A DNA stretch of 36,139 nt from IMG/VR virus record IMGVR_UViG_3300033145_000684, positions 1 to 36,139 of that record. One strand, written 5' to 3'. The DNA is from a virus (lineage: Duplodnaviria; Caudoviricetes). Below are positions 6,945 to 15,093 of this stretch, in pieces. The number at the start of each line of letters is the position of its first letter. The stretch's first letter is position 1. A program made the position numbers and the translations under genes. The notes under the pieces are model-generated. The model was not told where the DNA came from. It did not search any database and saw only the letters and a program-made list of their open reading frames with translations.

Positions 6945-8179
6945 TGAAATGCCGAATCTGTAATACTGATACAATCGAGTATTTAAGCCTGGGAGATCAT
7001 CCGCCATCGGATAATTTCCTTACGAAAGAGCAGCTTGGGCAAGCCGGTGAAAAGGTGTTTCCCCTCACCTTAGTTTACTGCCCAAGCTGCTCATTATCTC
7101 AACTGAGCTATGTAGTGCCGGCCGATGAACTTTACAATAACGAGTATCCGTATGAGACAGGGATAAACCCAGGGGGTGTTAGACACTTTGAGTCAATGGC
7201 ACGGTCAATTGATGCGGAGTTCAAACCAGGTTATGTTGTGGACATAGGAAGCAATGACGGTACGCTGCTTAACGGTTTTTACTGTAGGGTGTGTGGTATC
7301 GAGCCTGTCTGGAAGATAGCCGAGAAAGCCAAGGTGCACACCATAAACAGCTTTTTCAATATGGATGCCGTGACGAAAGCACTTGTTTATGGCGGTGAAG
7401 TCGATGTTGTAACCGCCACAAACGTATTTGCTCATATAGACGACCTTCACGGGTTTATGGAGTGCCTGGATTGCTTGTTATCACATGACGGTGTATTTGT
7501 CATGGAAGCACCTTATTTTGTGGATATGATTAAAGACTTAGCGTTTGACACGGTGTATCACGAACACTTGTCTTATTTATCCATCAAACCGTTATCTCGT
7601 TTATTTCGAGAATACGGCATGGAGATATTTGATGTCAGGCATTTTCCTATCCATTGTGGAACCATGAGATATTATGTGGCACGAAAGGGTGTGTATAAAT
7701 TCAGAACGGCTGTTGATAAGTATTTTGAAGCTGAGTTGGAATATCATAATATTGACAGATTGAAGGAATTTGGGAGGGATGTTTGGCAACTTCTTGGTCA
7801 ATTTGTAGCTGTGCTTTGGACAATGAACGCTCGTGGTCGTGTAGTTGGGGTATCAGCCCCGGCAAAGGGAAATACGCTGTTAAATTCAAATAATATGCCA
7901 GGAAAGCATGTAATTGAATATATCACAGAAACATCAGACAAAAAGATAGGGAAGTTTACACCAGGTGCTCATATTCCTGTAGTGCCAGATAGTAGATTGA
8001 TTGAAGATCAACCCGACTATGCAATTATTTTCGCTCATAATTGGGCTGATCAAATAAAAGAAAACCTAAAAGATTATAAAGGGGAATGGGTTATAGCAAA
8101 TGCAAAAGGACTCAAAGATTTATATAGCAGGCCATACGGGCCTGGTTGGCAGCGCAATAGTCAGAGAGTTGCAGCGTAA
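6944..8179 (+). CDS. NDP-hexose C-methyltransferase (TylC3/EryBIII/TcaB9-like)
   Basis: Zn motif CRIC..CPSCSLSQL, SAM motif VDIGSNDGTLL, TNVFAHI, FDTVYHEHLSY, IHCGTMR, APAKGNTLLN, GKFTPGAHIPV. TAATG start at 6944. Confidence 0.9.
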   Translation: MKCRICNTDTIEYLSLGDHPPSDNFLTKEQLGQAGEKVFPLTLVYCPSCSLSQLSYVVPADELYNNEYPYETGINPGGVRHFESMARSIDAEFKPGYVVDIGSNDGTLLNGFYCRVCGIEPVWKIAEKAKVHTINSFFNMDAVTKALVYGGEVDVVTATNVFAHIDDLHGFMECLDCLLSHDGVFVMEAPYFVDMIKDLAFDTVYHEHLSYLSIKPLSRLFREYGMEIFDVRHFPIHCGTMRYYVARKGVYKFRTAVDKYFEAELEYHNIDRLKEFGRDVWQLLGQFVAVLWTMNARGRVVGVSAPAKGNTLLNSNNMPGKHVIEYITETSDKKIGKFTPGAHIPVVPDSRLIEDQPDYAIIFAHNWADQIKENLKDYKGEWVIANAKGLKDLYSRPYGPGWQRNSQRVAA

Positions 8180-9044
8180 GGGGTATAAGAACTTAATAAC
8201 TCGTACTCACTCTGAACTTAGTTTAATGATATTTGACGATGTTGAAGAATTTTTTATAGAAGAATGTCCCGAATATGTTTTTCATTGTGCGGGAACTGTG
8301 GGGGGTATATCCAAAGCAATTAAATATCCAAGCCGGATGTTGTCTGATAATATACGAATGGGTATTCATGTGTTGGGTCATGCTGCAACTTTCGGGACAA
8401 AAAAACTACTTAACTTAGGATCATCCTGCATATATCCTGTTGCCGGCGAACAACCGTATAGGGAAGAACAGCTTGGAACTGGCAAGACCGATGAAAATTG
8501 GAGTTACGCTATAGCGAAAATTGCAGTAATTGAATACGCAAGAGCATTACACAAAGAACATGGAAAAAACTTTATCACGGCAATTCCATGCAACCTATAT
8601 GGGATTAATGACAACTTCGGTGATAACGGGCATGTAATCCCGATGCTGATTAGGAAGTTCTCTGAGCATAATGGTGAACCAATCAAAATATGGGGAGATG
8701 GAACACAGTTTAGAGAGTTTCTTTATTCTGATGATTTCGCTGAATGTGCTGTATGGTTGATGGAAACATGGGAATATGAAGATTTATACGATGGTGTTGT
8801 TAATGTTGGGAGTGGCAAACAAATTTCAATAAATATTCTTAGAAGAATAATTGGCAAAATAATACTCAACGATGACTATGATTACTATTACACAGCGAAC
8901 AGACCATCAGGTATCCAATCAAAGCTAATGGACGATGCAATTATAACTCATTTGGGGTGGTATCCTAAAACATCATTAAAAGAGGGGATTGAGAAAACGT
9001 ATTCCTGGTATAAGGAGAATCATGCCACAAACGTATATTATTAA
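8100..9044 (+). CDS. fcl: GDP-L-fucose synthase-like epimerase/reductase
   Basis: IAGHTGLVGSAI, VGGI, LGSSCIYP, YAIAK (YxxxK), PCNLYG, HVIP, WGDGTQFREFLYSDD. Confidence 0.88.
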   Translation: MQKDSKIYIAGHTGLVGSAIVRELQRKGYKNLITRTHSELSLMIFDDVEEFFIEECPEYVFHCAGTVGGISKAIKYPSRMLSDNIRMGIHVLGHAATFGTKKLLNLGSSCIYPVAGEQPYREEQLGTGKTDENWSYAIAKIAVIEYARALHKEHGKNFITAIPCNLYGINDNFGDNGHVIPMLIRKFSEHNGEPIKIWGDGTQFREFLYSDDFAECAVWLMETWEYEDLYDGVVNVGSGKQISINILRRIIGKIILNDDYDYYYTANRPSGIQSKLMDDAIITHLGWYPKTSLKEGIEKTYSWYKENHATNVYY

Positions 9045-9056
9045 GGGGATAGAGGA

Positions 9057-9902
9057 ATGAAAATAGCACACTTAGTAAATCCGGTTAATATGCCCGATGA
9101 TCGAGATTTAAGCTGGCAACAGCCCATAACATACGAATCTATGAAACGGGCAAAGGAGTTTTCTAAGGATGAAGTTCATGTGGAACAAGTTGCGTGTTTT
9201 TATCCTGAAGATGAAGATATGGTTCCTGATGGCTTTATCAAGACTAAGCCGTTAGAAATGTCGGCGTTAGATATTCAGGATTTTAAGATACCAAGAAAGT
9301 TGCCGTTATTCAAGGAAATGCTTGAAAGATTGTACGAGACTTCCGATGCTGACTATTTCATACAGACAAATGCAGACATTGGCTTAATGCCTCATTTTTA
9401 TTCGTTGGTTAAGGCTTTAATAGAAGACGGAAACGATTCGTTTTGCATAAACAAGAGGATTTTACCAGAACAGGTCAAGGATTACCTGTTGCCGATAATT
9501 TGGTCATTCATAGGCGGGGAACATGCAGGGCATGATTGCTTTGTGTTCAGGAGAGAATTATATCCTATCTTGAGATTAGGTAATATTGTAATGGGTACAC
9601 CGTGGAGCGAAACGACCTTAATAACAAACCTTGTAGCATTTTCAAAGAACTTCAAGGTGCTAAAGAACGCAAACGCAACATTTCACCTGGGGGATTCCCG
9701 TATCTGGTTGCCACAAGAATTTAATGATTATAGAATTTTAAATACCAATGAATTTGCGAGAATCTTAAAAATGTTGAGCAAGAAAAAGAGATCAATCTTA
9801 AAGCACGAAACCATAAAGTATTTACTTGGCAAATTAGTACACGAAGTAACGAACTATAAGAACGAGACGTATAGTAAGGATTGTTGGAAATTCGTTAACT
9901 AA
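9057..9902 (+). CDS. Putative glycosyltransferase (GT-A-like)
   Basis: DYFIQTNADI (DxD-like after a hydrophobic strand), HAGHDCFVF, and position next to sugar-nucleotide genes. Confidence 0.5.
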   Translation: MKIAHLVNPVNMPDDRDLSWQQPITYESMKRAKEFSKDEVHVEQVACFYPEDEDMVPDGFIKTKPLEMSALDIQDFKIPRKLPLFKEMLERLYETSDADYFIQTNADIGLMPHFYSLVKALIEDGNDSFCINKRILPEQVKDYLLPIIWSFIGGEHAGHDCFVFRRELYPILRLGNIVMGTPWSETTLITNLVAFSKNFKVLKNANATFHLGDSRIWLPQEFNDYRILNTNEFARILKMLSKKKRSILKHETIKYLLGKLVHEVTNYKNETYSKDCWKFVN

Positions 9903-9903
9903 A

Positions 9904-10083
9904 ATGATTTTAAAAATAGAAGCAAAAATTATAAAACTTGATGGAGAAGTTTTAAGTTCTGATGACCGGATTATGCAACTATCTTCTTCAAGGGATATGG
10001 ATGTTTTTGAGAGCGAATTAATGCACCAATTATACTTAATTAAGCGGTCATCAATGAAAATGGTAAAACAATTAATTAACTAA
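9904..10083 (+). CDS. Hypothetical protein (59 aa, not in the ORF track)
   Basis: ATG 9904 to TAA 10081-10083, MILKIEAKIIKLDGEVLSS..; fills the gap exactly. Confidence 0.5.
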   Translation: MILKIEAKIIKLDGEVLSSDDRIMQLSSSRDMDVFESELMHQLYLIKRSSMKMVKQLIN

Positions 10084-10086
10084 TTT

Positions 10087-10184
10087 GGGCTAATCCGGCT
10101 TAATTACCCGGAGATGCGAAAGCAAACAATAAGGGGCATGAGTAGATGCTACTCCATCTATTCAATGCCCTTTTTTTGTTGCCC
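10087..10184 (+). promoter_or_regulatory. Structured leader/attenuator upstream of cupin-portal
   Basis: TCCGG-CTTAATTAC-CCGGA hairpin, then a long stem GGGCATGAGTAGATG (10134-10148)/CATCTATTC-A-ATGCCC (10155-10170) followed by T7. Outer GGGC/GCCC pairing. Confidence 0.7.
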
Positions 10185-10198
10185 GTAAGGAAGGGATA

Positions 10199-10546
10199 AT
10201 GGAACGAACTCATGGAAGTTGGGGAGAGAAACTGAACGTATTCAGGAATGATTTATGTGAGGTCAGTATCTTAAACCTCGTACCGAACCAACGATGCTCA
10301 TGGCACAAACATGCTTCAAAATATAATTTGTTTCATGTGCTTGAGGGGGAGTTATTTATCAAAACAGATAAGGGCATATCACGATTAAAAGAAGAGGGGT
10401 TTTTTACTACACGCCCTGGGGAAATGCATGAGTTTCAGACGGCTTCAAAGCCAGCAAAAATCATGGAGATTATGTACGTCAAGTATGATCCTGAAGACAT
10501 TCAGAGGGAAACAATAGGGGGATCAATAGAGGTTACTGATGAATAA
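10199..10546 (+). CDS. Cupin-domain protein (sugar isomerase-like)
   Basis: SWG..CSWHKH..LFHVLEG..PGEMHEF cupin metal motifs. Confidence 0.8.
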   Translation: MERTHGSWGEKLNVFRNDLCEVSILNLVPNQRCSWHKHASKYNLFHVLEGELFIKTDKGISRLKEEGFFTTRPGEMHEFQTASKPAKIMEIMYVKYDPEDIQRETIGGSIEVTDE

Positions 10547-12467
10547 GAGAGATGACCGTATATTTAAACACTTGATGGAAAGATACAAATTTCACTGGGA
10601 TGCTAATCAGTACTATCGAACTCAGCATGACGAAAACTTGGAGTATTATCGTGGTTATCGAAATGCGGCTGATTATCCACTTGTGTATAACGAGAACTTC
10701 AATCGTATTCTTCCTATTATTTACACTATTTTGTCAAGGTTTATGGATCAGCTATATCAGTCCTCGAACATTATATCCGTAAAGCCGAAAAAGGGTGTGG
10801 ATATTGAGAGAGCAAAAGCGGTTGAGGGCGTACTGAACCATCAGTTTACATCTCTGAACAACATTGACATGCAGGGCGGGTCGTATTTGACTATGATGAA
10901 ATGGTTTTTTAACCAGCTTACTTTCGGGAAGGGTATTGCGAAAGCGTACTGGCGGCATGAGGAACGCATAACTCCCAAAAGAATTGCCTTGCCCATGCCT
11001 AAGTTTGACAGGTTAGGCAACTTTCAGGGTTACGATACTATGGACTTCTTAGACCAGACCATGCAGACGGTTTATGACGGACCGTATGTTGAAATCCTGC
11101 ATAACAAGATGTTTCTCCCCCATCCCGAATATAAAAACATTCAGCAGATGCCACAGGTTTTTTGCATATACAAGCGAACCATTGACGAAATTAAACGCAA
11201 AGCAGATCAAGGGATTTACAAAAACATAAACGACCTTGGAATTAAAGGCATTGGCATGGCATCAGCCCAGTCGAGCGATTCAAGGGAAATGTTTGTCAAG
11301 TCGTTATCAATAGAGGGAGCTTTTCAAACAGAGGATAGTGAGAGTTCACTTCAATCTCCTGAAGTGGATATCATAGAAGCCTATGGCAAAATGATCCTTA
11401 AAGACGAACCTTACACTGTGGGAACAGGAATACAAATCAAAGGCGTGGAAGAAGAAGCCATCGTTCATATCGGGAATTACAAGACCATCCTGTCGCTTCA
11501 GAAGAACACATACGGCGTAAGACCGTTCTTTGACATAGGGTGTTACATGCATCCCGAACTATACTGGGATTTAGGAATGGTAGAACTTACTAAGGGTATT
11601 CAGGAACAGGTGAATAATTTAGCTAACCTTAGAATCCAGAACGTGATGATGCAGATAAATCAAATGCTCATGGTGAATGTGAACGCTGACATTGACCCGG
11701 AAGCGTTGGTCTGGAAACCGTTTGGGATTATACCCGTTGATGATCCAACAGACGTTGTTCCCCTATCTGTACCTGATTATCACTCTAACTTATTCGTGGA
11801 ACAGGAAACATTTTATAAGGACACTATCCAAGACTTAACTGGAATGTACGATTACAACATGGGGCAGACTCCCCAAAGGCAGGAAAGGGTCGGGGTTGTA
11901 TATTCCATTCAGCAGATGGGAGAAGCCAGAGCCAAGTTAATGCTGATGTCAAGTGACTTTTTGGGCATGAGTCCGTTGTTAAAGTACATGATGATTTTGA
12001 ATACTTTTCATCTTCCAAGCGGGTTTGAGTATAGGCATGGCAGTTCAGACCAACCGCAGTTCAGTAACATTTTCGGGGAAGATATTCATCCTGACTATGA
12101 CTTTACGGCAAGGTACACATCAATGGAACCTGCTCTTGGGAAGCAGGCAAGGTTAGAAAGGTTATTCCAGTTAGCCGCAATGTGGAAGGACAACCCATGG
12201 ATAAATCAATATCAATGGAACAAGACCCTTATGGAATTAGGTGATGTAAGGGAAGCCGAGTATTTGCTTAAAACTCCACAACAGATGCAGCAGGAACAAG
12301 TGCAAGCCGCCAAAATGCAAATGATGGCAGAACAGCAAAAACAACAATACGAGACTCAGGGCAAGATTCAGACAAGCCACAAGGATTTTCAGGAAGCTGG
12401 TGCTCTTGCAGATCAGGGGTTTGAACACGACATGGCATTAGAAGCGATAAAGGCAATAGCTAAATAA
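10539..12467 (+). CDS. Portal protein (P22/SU10-like)
   Basis: 642 aa, between terL and scaffold/capsid; FGKGIAKAYW, PFF..GMVELTKGIQEQVNNLANLRIQN, IQDLTGM and a Q-rich helical C-terminal barrel. Confidence 0.88.
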   Translation: MNKRDDRIFKHLMERYKFHWDANQYYRTQHDENLEYYRGYRNAADYPLVYNENFNRILPIIYTILSRFMDQLYQSSNIISVKPKKGVDIERAKAVEGVLNHQFTSLNNIDMQGGSYLTMMKWFFNQLTFGKGIAKAYWRHEERITPKRIALPMPKFDRLGNFQGYDTMDFLDQTMQTVYDGPYVEILHNKMFLPHPEYKNIQQMPQVFCIYKRTIDEIKRKADQGIYKNINDLGIKGIGMASAQSSDSREMFVKSLSIEGAFQTEDSESSLQSPEVDIIEAYGKMILKDEPYTVGTGIQIKGVEEEAIVHIGNYKTILSLQKNTYGVRPFFDIGCYMHPELYWDLGMVELTKGIQEQVNNLANLRIQNVMMQINQMLMVNVNADIDPEALVWKPFGIIPVDDPTDVVPLSVPDYHSNLFVEQETFYKDTIQDLTGMYDYNMGQTPQRQERVGVVYSIQQMGEARAKLMLMSSDFLGMSPLLKYMMILNTFHLPSGFEYRHGSSDQPQFSNIFGEDIHPDYDFTARYTSMEPALGKQARLERLFQLAAMWKDNPWINQYQWNKTLMELGDVREAEYLLKTPQQMQQEQVQAAKMQMMAEQQKQQYETQGKIQTSHKDFQEAGALADQGFEHDMALEAIKAIAK

Positions 12468-12478
12468 AGGGGGATAAC

Positions 12479-12664
12479 ATGGCAGAAAAACATAAATCTA
12501 AAATTCCATATGAAATGCTTGGGGAGATATTAAAAGCATATGAGCATGGAAGAAAAGAAGATTTAGAATTGTATGAAAACGATTATATCATGTGCCCTGA
12601 TAATATAATTTGGGCAAATTGGACTGAGATTTATGAAATTAGAGATAAGATAAAGGTTTTGTAA
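12479..12664 (+). CDS. Hypothetical protein
   Basis: 61-aa ORF with a G-rich RBS. Confidence 0.5.
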   Translation: MAEKHKSKIPYEMLGEILKAYEHGRKEDLELYENDYIMCPDNIIWANWTEIYEIRDKIKVL

Positions 12665-13012
12665 ATGAGAAACCTCGTAACTATATTTGAGAAGCTGTTT
12701 AACGAGAATGATAGTTTTGCACGGCAGTCTCAGAATTACACAAGAGCGTTAAAGACTCAAGAATGGAAGTTCTTGGCAGATGCGATTTTATTAATTCGAG
12801 GTCAAATGGCACAGGATATGTTTTCAAAGAAGCACACGGAATTGACCGAATCGGAAAAGGATGTGGTTCAGAAAACGTACTATAACATAAATCAAATACT
12901 GGACTTCTTAGGTAATCCGCAAGGGTGGATTAACAGAAGGACTAAATTTAAACAAGCATTAGCCGACCAGAGTAAGACATTGTCGAGCAAGATGGGAGGA
13001 ACAACATGGTAG
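12665..13012 (+). CDS. Hypothetical helical protein in the head module
   Basis: Position between portal and scaffold. Confidence 0.6.
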   Translation: MRNLVTIFEKLFNENDSFARQSQNYTRALKTQEWKFLADAILLIRGQMAQDMFSKKHTELTESEKDVVQKTYYNINQILDFLGNPQGWINRRTKFKQALADQSKTLSSKMGGTTW

Positions 13013-13788
13013 AATCAGGAGTGGAACTTCCGAATGTGGAAGAACCAACAAAGAAGGATGAGGTAAAAGTGGAAGTGGACGTTGACGGTTTGATGGCTGA
13101 ACTAACAAAAGCTGGCGTTACAGATGCCAAAAGTCTGAGTGGAAAACTCGAAGCTGGATATGAGGCAGGGAACATGGCCCGATTATTAGGTGACGAGCGT
13201 GACCGCACTAAAGACTTAGAAGCCAAAATCGAGAAACTTCAGGCAGCACCAAAGGATGAGTTCGATTATTCGCAAGAGAGCCGTCCTATTGACATTGAGA
13301 CAACCATTGAAAGAAGCGTAGGCAAGGTTCTTGATTCAAGAGATGCAAAAGCTCGAAAGGTTCAAGAAGCAAGCTATGCCGCATGGAACAGGATTCAATC
13401 TGATGAGGATTATCACCTTATTAAAGATGTATGGGAGGAAAGACTCAAAGATCCTGGCTTTGTGATGAAAATTCAAAATGGTTCGCTTAATCCTGTAGAT
13501 GAGTACACTTCAACTTTAAGGTCGTACTATAAGACCTTGCTTAAACAATCGGCTGAAACAATAACAACTATGAAGGGCGGCAACTTAAAACCCCCTCATG
13601 TTGAAACAGGGGAGCGTGCACCTGCTAACTTAGTTAGTGAGGGTGATGAAAACACATCAACAGAGCGCAAATTTCTTGATGCAATAGGAGAGAAAATCAA
13701 GAAGGGCTATATTCCAAATGAGGACGAGGAAGCAATGATAGCCGAATGTGTGGTTATAGCTGGTGTGGGCAACGCTCCTACTAAATAG
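13006..13788 (+). CDS. Capsid scaffolding protein (putative)
   Basis: Acidic, helical/coiled-coil 260-aa protein immediately upstream of the capsid gene; GGAGG RBS. Confidence 0.7.
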   Translation: MVESGVELPNVEEPTKKDEVKVEVDVDGLMAELTKAGVTDAKSLSGKLEAGYEAGNMARLLGDERDRTKDLEAKIEKLQAAPKDEFDYSQESRPIDIETTIERSVGKVLDSRDAKARKVQEASYAAWNRIQSDEDYHLIKDVWEERLKDPGFVMKIQNGSLNPVDEYTSTLRSYYKTLLKQSAETITTMKGGNLKPPHVETGERAPANLVSEGDENTSTERKFLDAIGEKIKKGYIPNEDEEAMIAECVVIAGVGNAPTK

Positions 13789-13798
13789 GAGATAAATA

Positions 13799-15049
13799 AT
13801 GACTACAGCATCAGCATGGTTAATGACCTTTGGACATACAGAAGGCCGAGGTCAATTCCAGCGAGATATAGTTGGTGACGTGCCTTGGGGTGTCGTTACC
13901 GGGACAGAAAAAAGGGATGTGTCTGAAGCGTTAGACTTACTTGCGCTTGCAGACACTCCTTTTATTAATAGGATTGGTTGGGGGCCGGAGTCCGGTGGAA
14001 CTACAATCGAGTGGATTTCTGAGGACTTAGGCACCGGCAAGCTGAAAACCATTTCTATTATTGCGAGTGAATGGACTTCATTCGTAACGACAAGCATTGA
14101 CGGTATTCAGCCGTCACAGGCAATCAAACAGGTAAAACAAGGGTCTGTGTTGTATTACTTTGACTCTGTAACGAGTGTTCATACCCTTGCGGTTGTGACT
14201 TCAACTCCTACTGCCGGTGGTACAGGAACAAGTATTACCATGAGCCTTATTACTGCAGGGCACAGCAATGCTCTTATGAGCATGTTCGCTTCTGTGAGAG
14301 CCGGTGAGGTTTTTTATATACTCGGTGCGTATGCAAATGAAGGTTCCATTCCCAATGAACCTACACCGAGGACGAGGGTTGTGTTGTCTAACGCATTCAC
14401 GATTCTTCGGCAGGACGTACAGATTACCGGCACTATGAAATCAACGGATATGTATGCAATTGGCAGGGAGGATAGGCATCAGGTTATGCTCCGGCTGAAA
14501 GAGCTCCAGCGAGATCGTGAACGTGCTGCTCTCTATTCTGTGTATGTTGCCAAAACAACCGCAATGGCTGGATTAATAGACGGTTGTTTGGGATTTCTTG
14601 GTCAGTACAGTGGAAATCATATTGACAATACTACCAGGTCTTTAACTGAGAGTGCGGTTAATACTGTGGTTTCCTCTGTCTGGGAGAACGGCGGGAGAAA
14701 TTTGAGTTTCTTCGGTCATATTAACCAGACCGCCAAGTTTACCCGGTGGGATAAGCATCGTATTCGCACACGGGTAAATGAAGGAAAGGGCGGGGGGCGT
14801 ATTACGTCATACCTGACCGAATCCGGCATTGAGATTGACCTGATTCCAATGCCAAACGTACCGACCAACCTCGCTTTTGTGGTTGATACCTCTAAGGTTA
14901 GACTTAGAGCCAAACGAGGCAGGAAGGCCATTATGGAGAAACTCGGCAAACAGGGCGACTTCGATGATTGGCAGATTATCTCTGAATTTTCTATGGAAAT
15001 GAAGGGAGCTAATCTGAGGCAGCATGGAATGTTTAGCAAGCTAACGTAG
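13799..15049 (+). CDS. Major capsid protein (DUF5309/SU10-like) with a Ser/Thr-rich insertion
   Basis: RDVSEALDLL..DTPF..EWISEDL, RVVLSNAFTILRQDVQITGT, ELQRDRERAAL, IISEFSMEMK. AGGAG RBS and triple stop TAG TAA TAA. Confidence 0.85.
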   Translation: MTTASAWLMTFGHTEGRGQFQRDIVGDVPWGVVTGTEKRDVSEALDLLALADTPFINRIGWGPESGGTTIEWISEDLGTGKLKTISIIASEWTSFVTTSIDGIQPSQAIKQVKQGSVLYYFDSVTSVHTLAVVTSTPTAGGTGTSITMSLITAGHSNALMSMFASVRAGEVFYILGAYANEGSIPNEPTPRTRVVLSNAFTILRQDVQITGTMKSTDMYAIGREDRHQVMLRLKELQRDRERAALYSVYVAKTTAMAGLIDGCLGFLGQYSGNHIDNTTRSLTESAVNTVVSSVWENGGRNLSFFGHINQTAKFTRWDKHRIRTRVNEGKGGGRITSYLTESGIEIDLIPMPNVPTNLAFVVDTSKVRLRAKRGRKAIMEKLGKQGDFDDWQIISEFSMEMKGANLRQHGMFSKLT

Positions 15050-15064
15050 TAATAACATATACTT

Positions 15065-15085
15065 GGAGGGGTGAAATTCCCCTCC
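15065..15085 (+). terminator. GC-rich hairpin after the capsid gene (weak terminator or stabiliser)
   Basis: GGAGGGG-TGAAATT-CCCCTCC followed only by TTAAC. Confidence 0.55.
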
Positions 15086-15093
15086 TTAACTAA

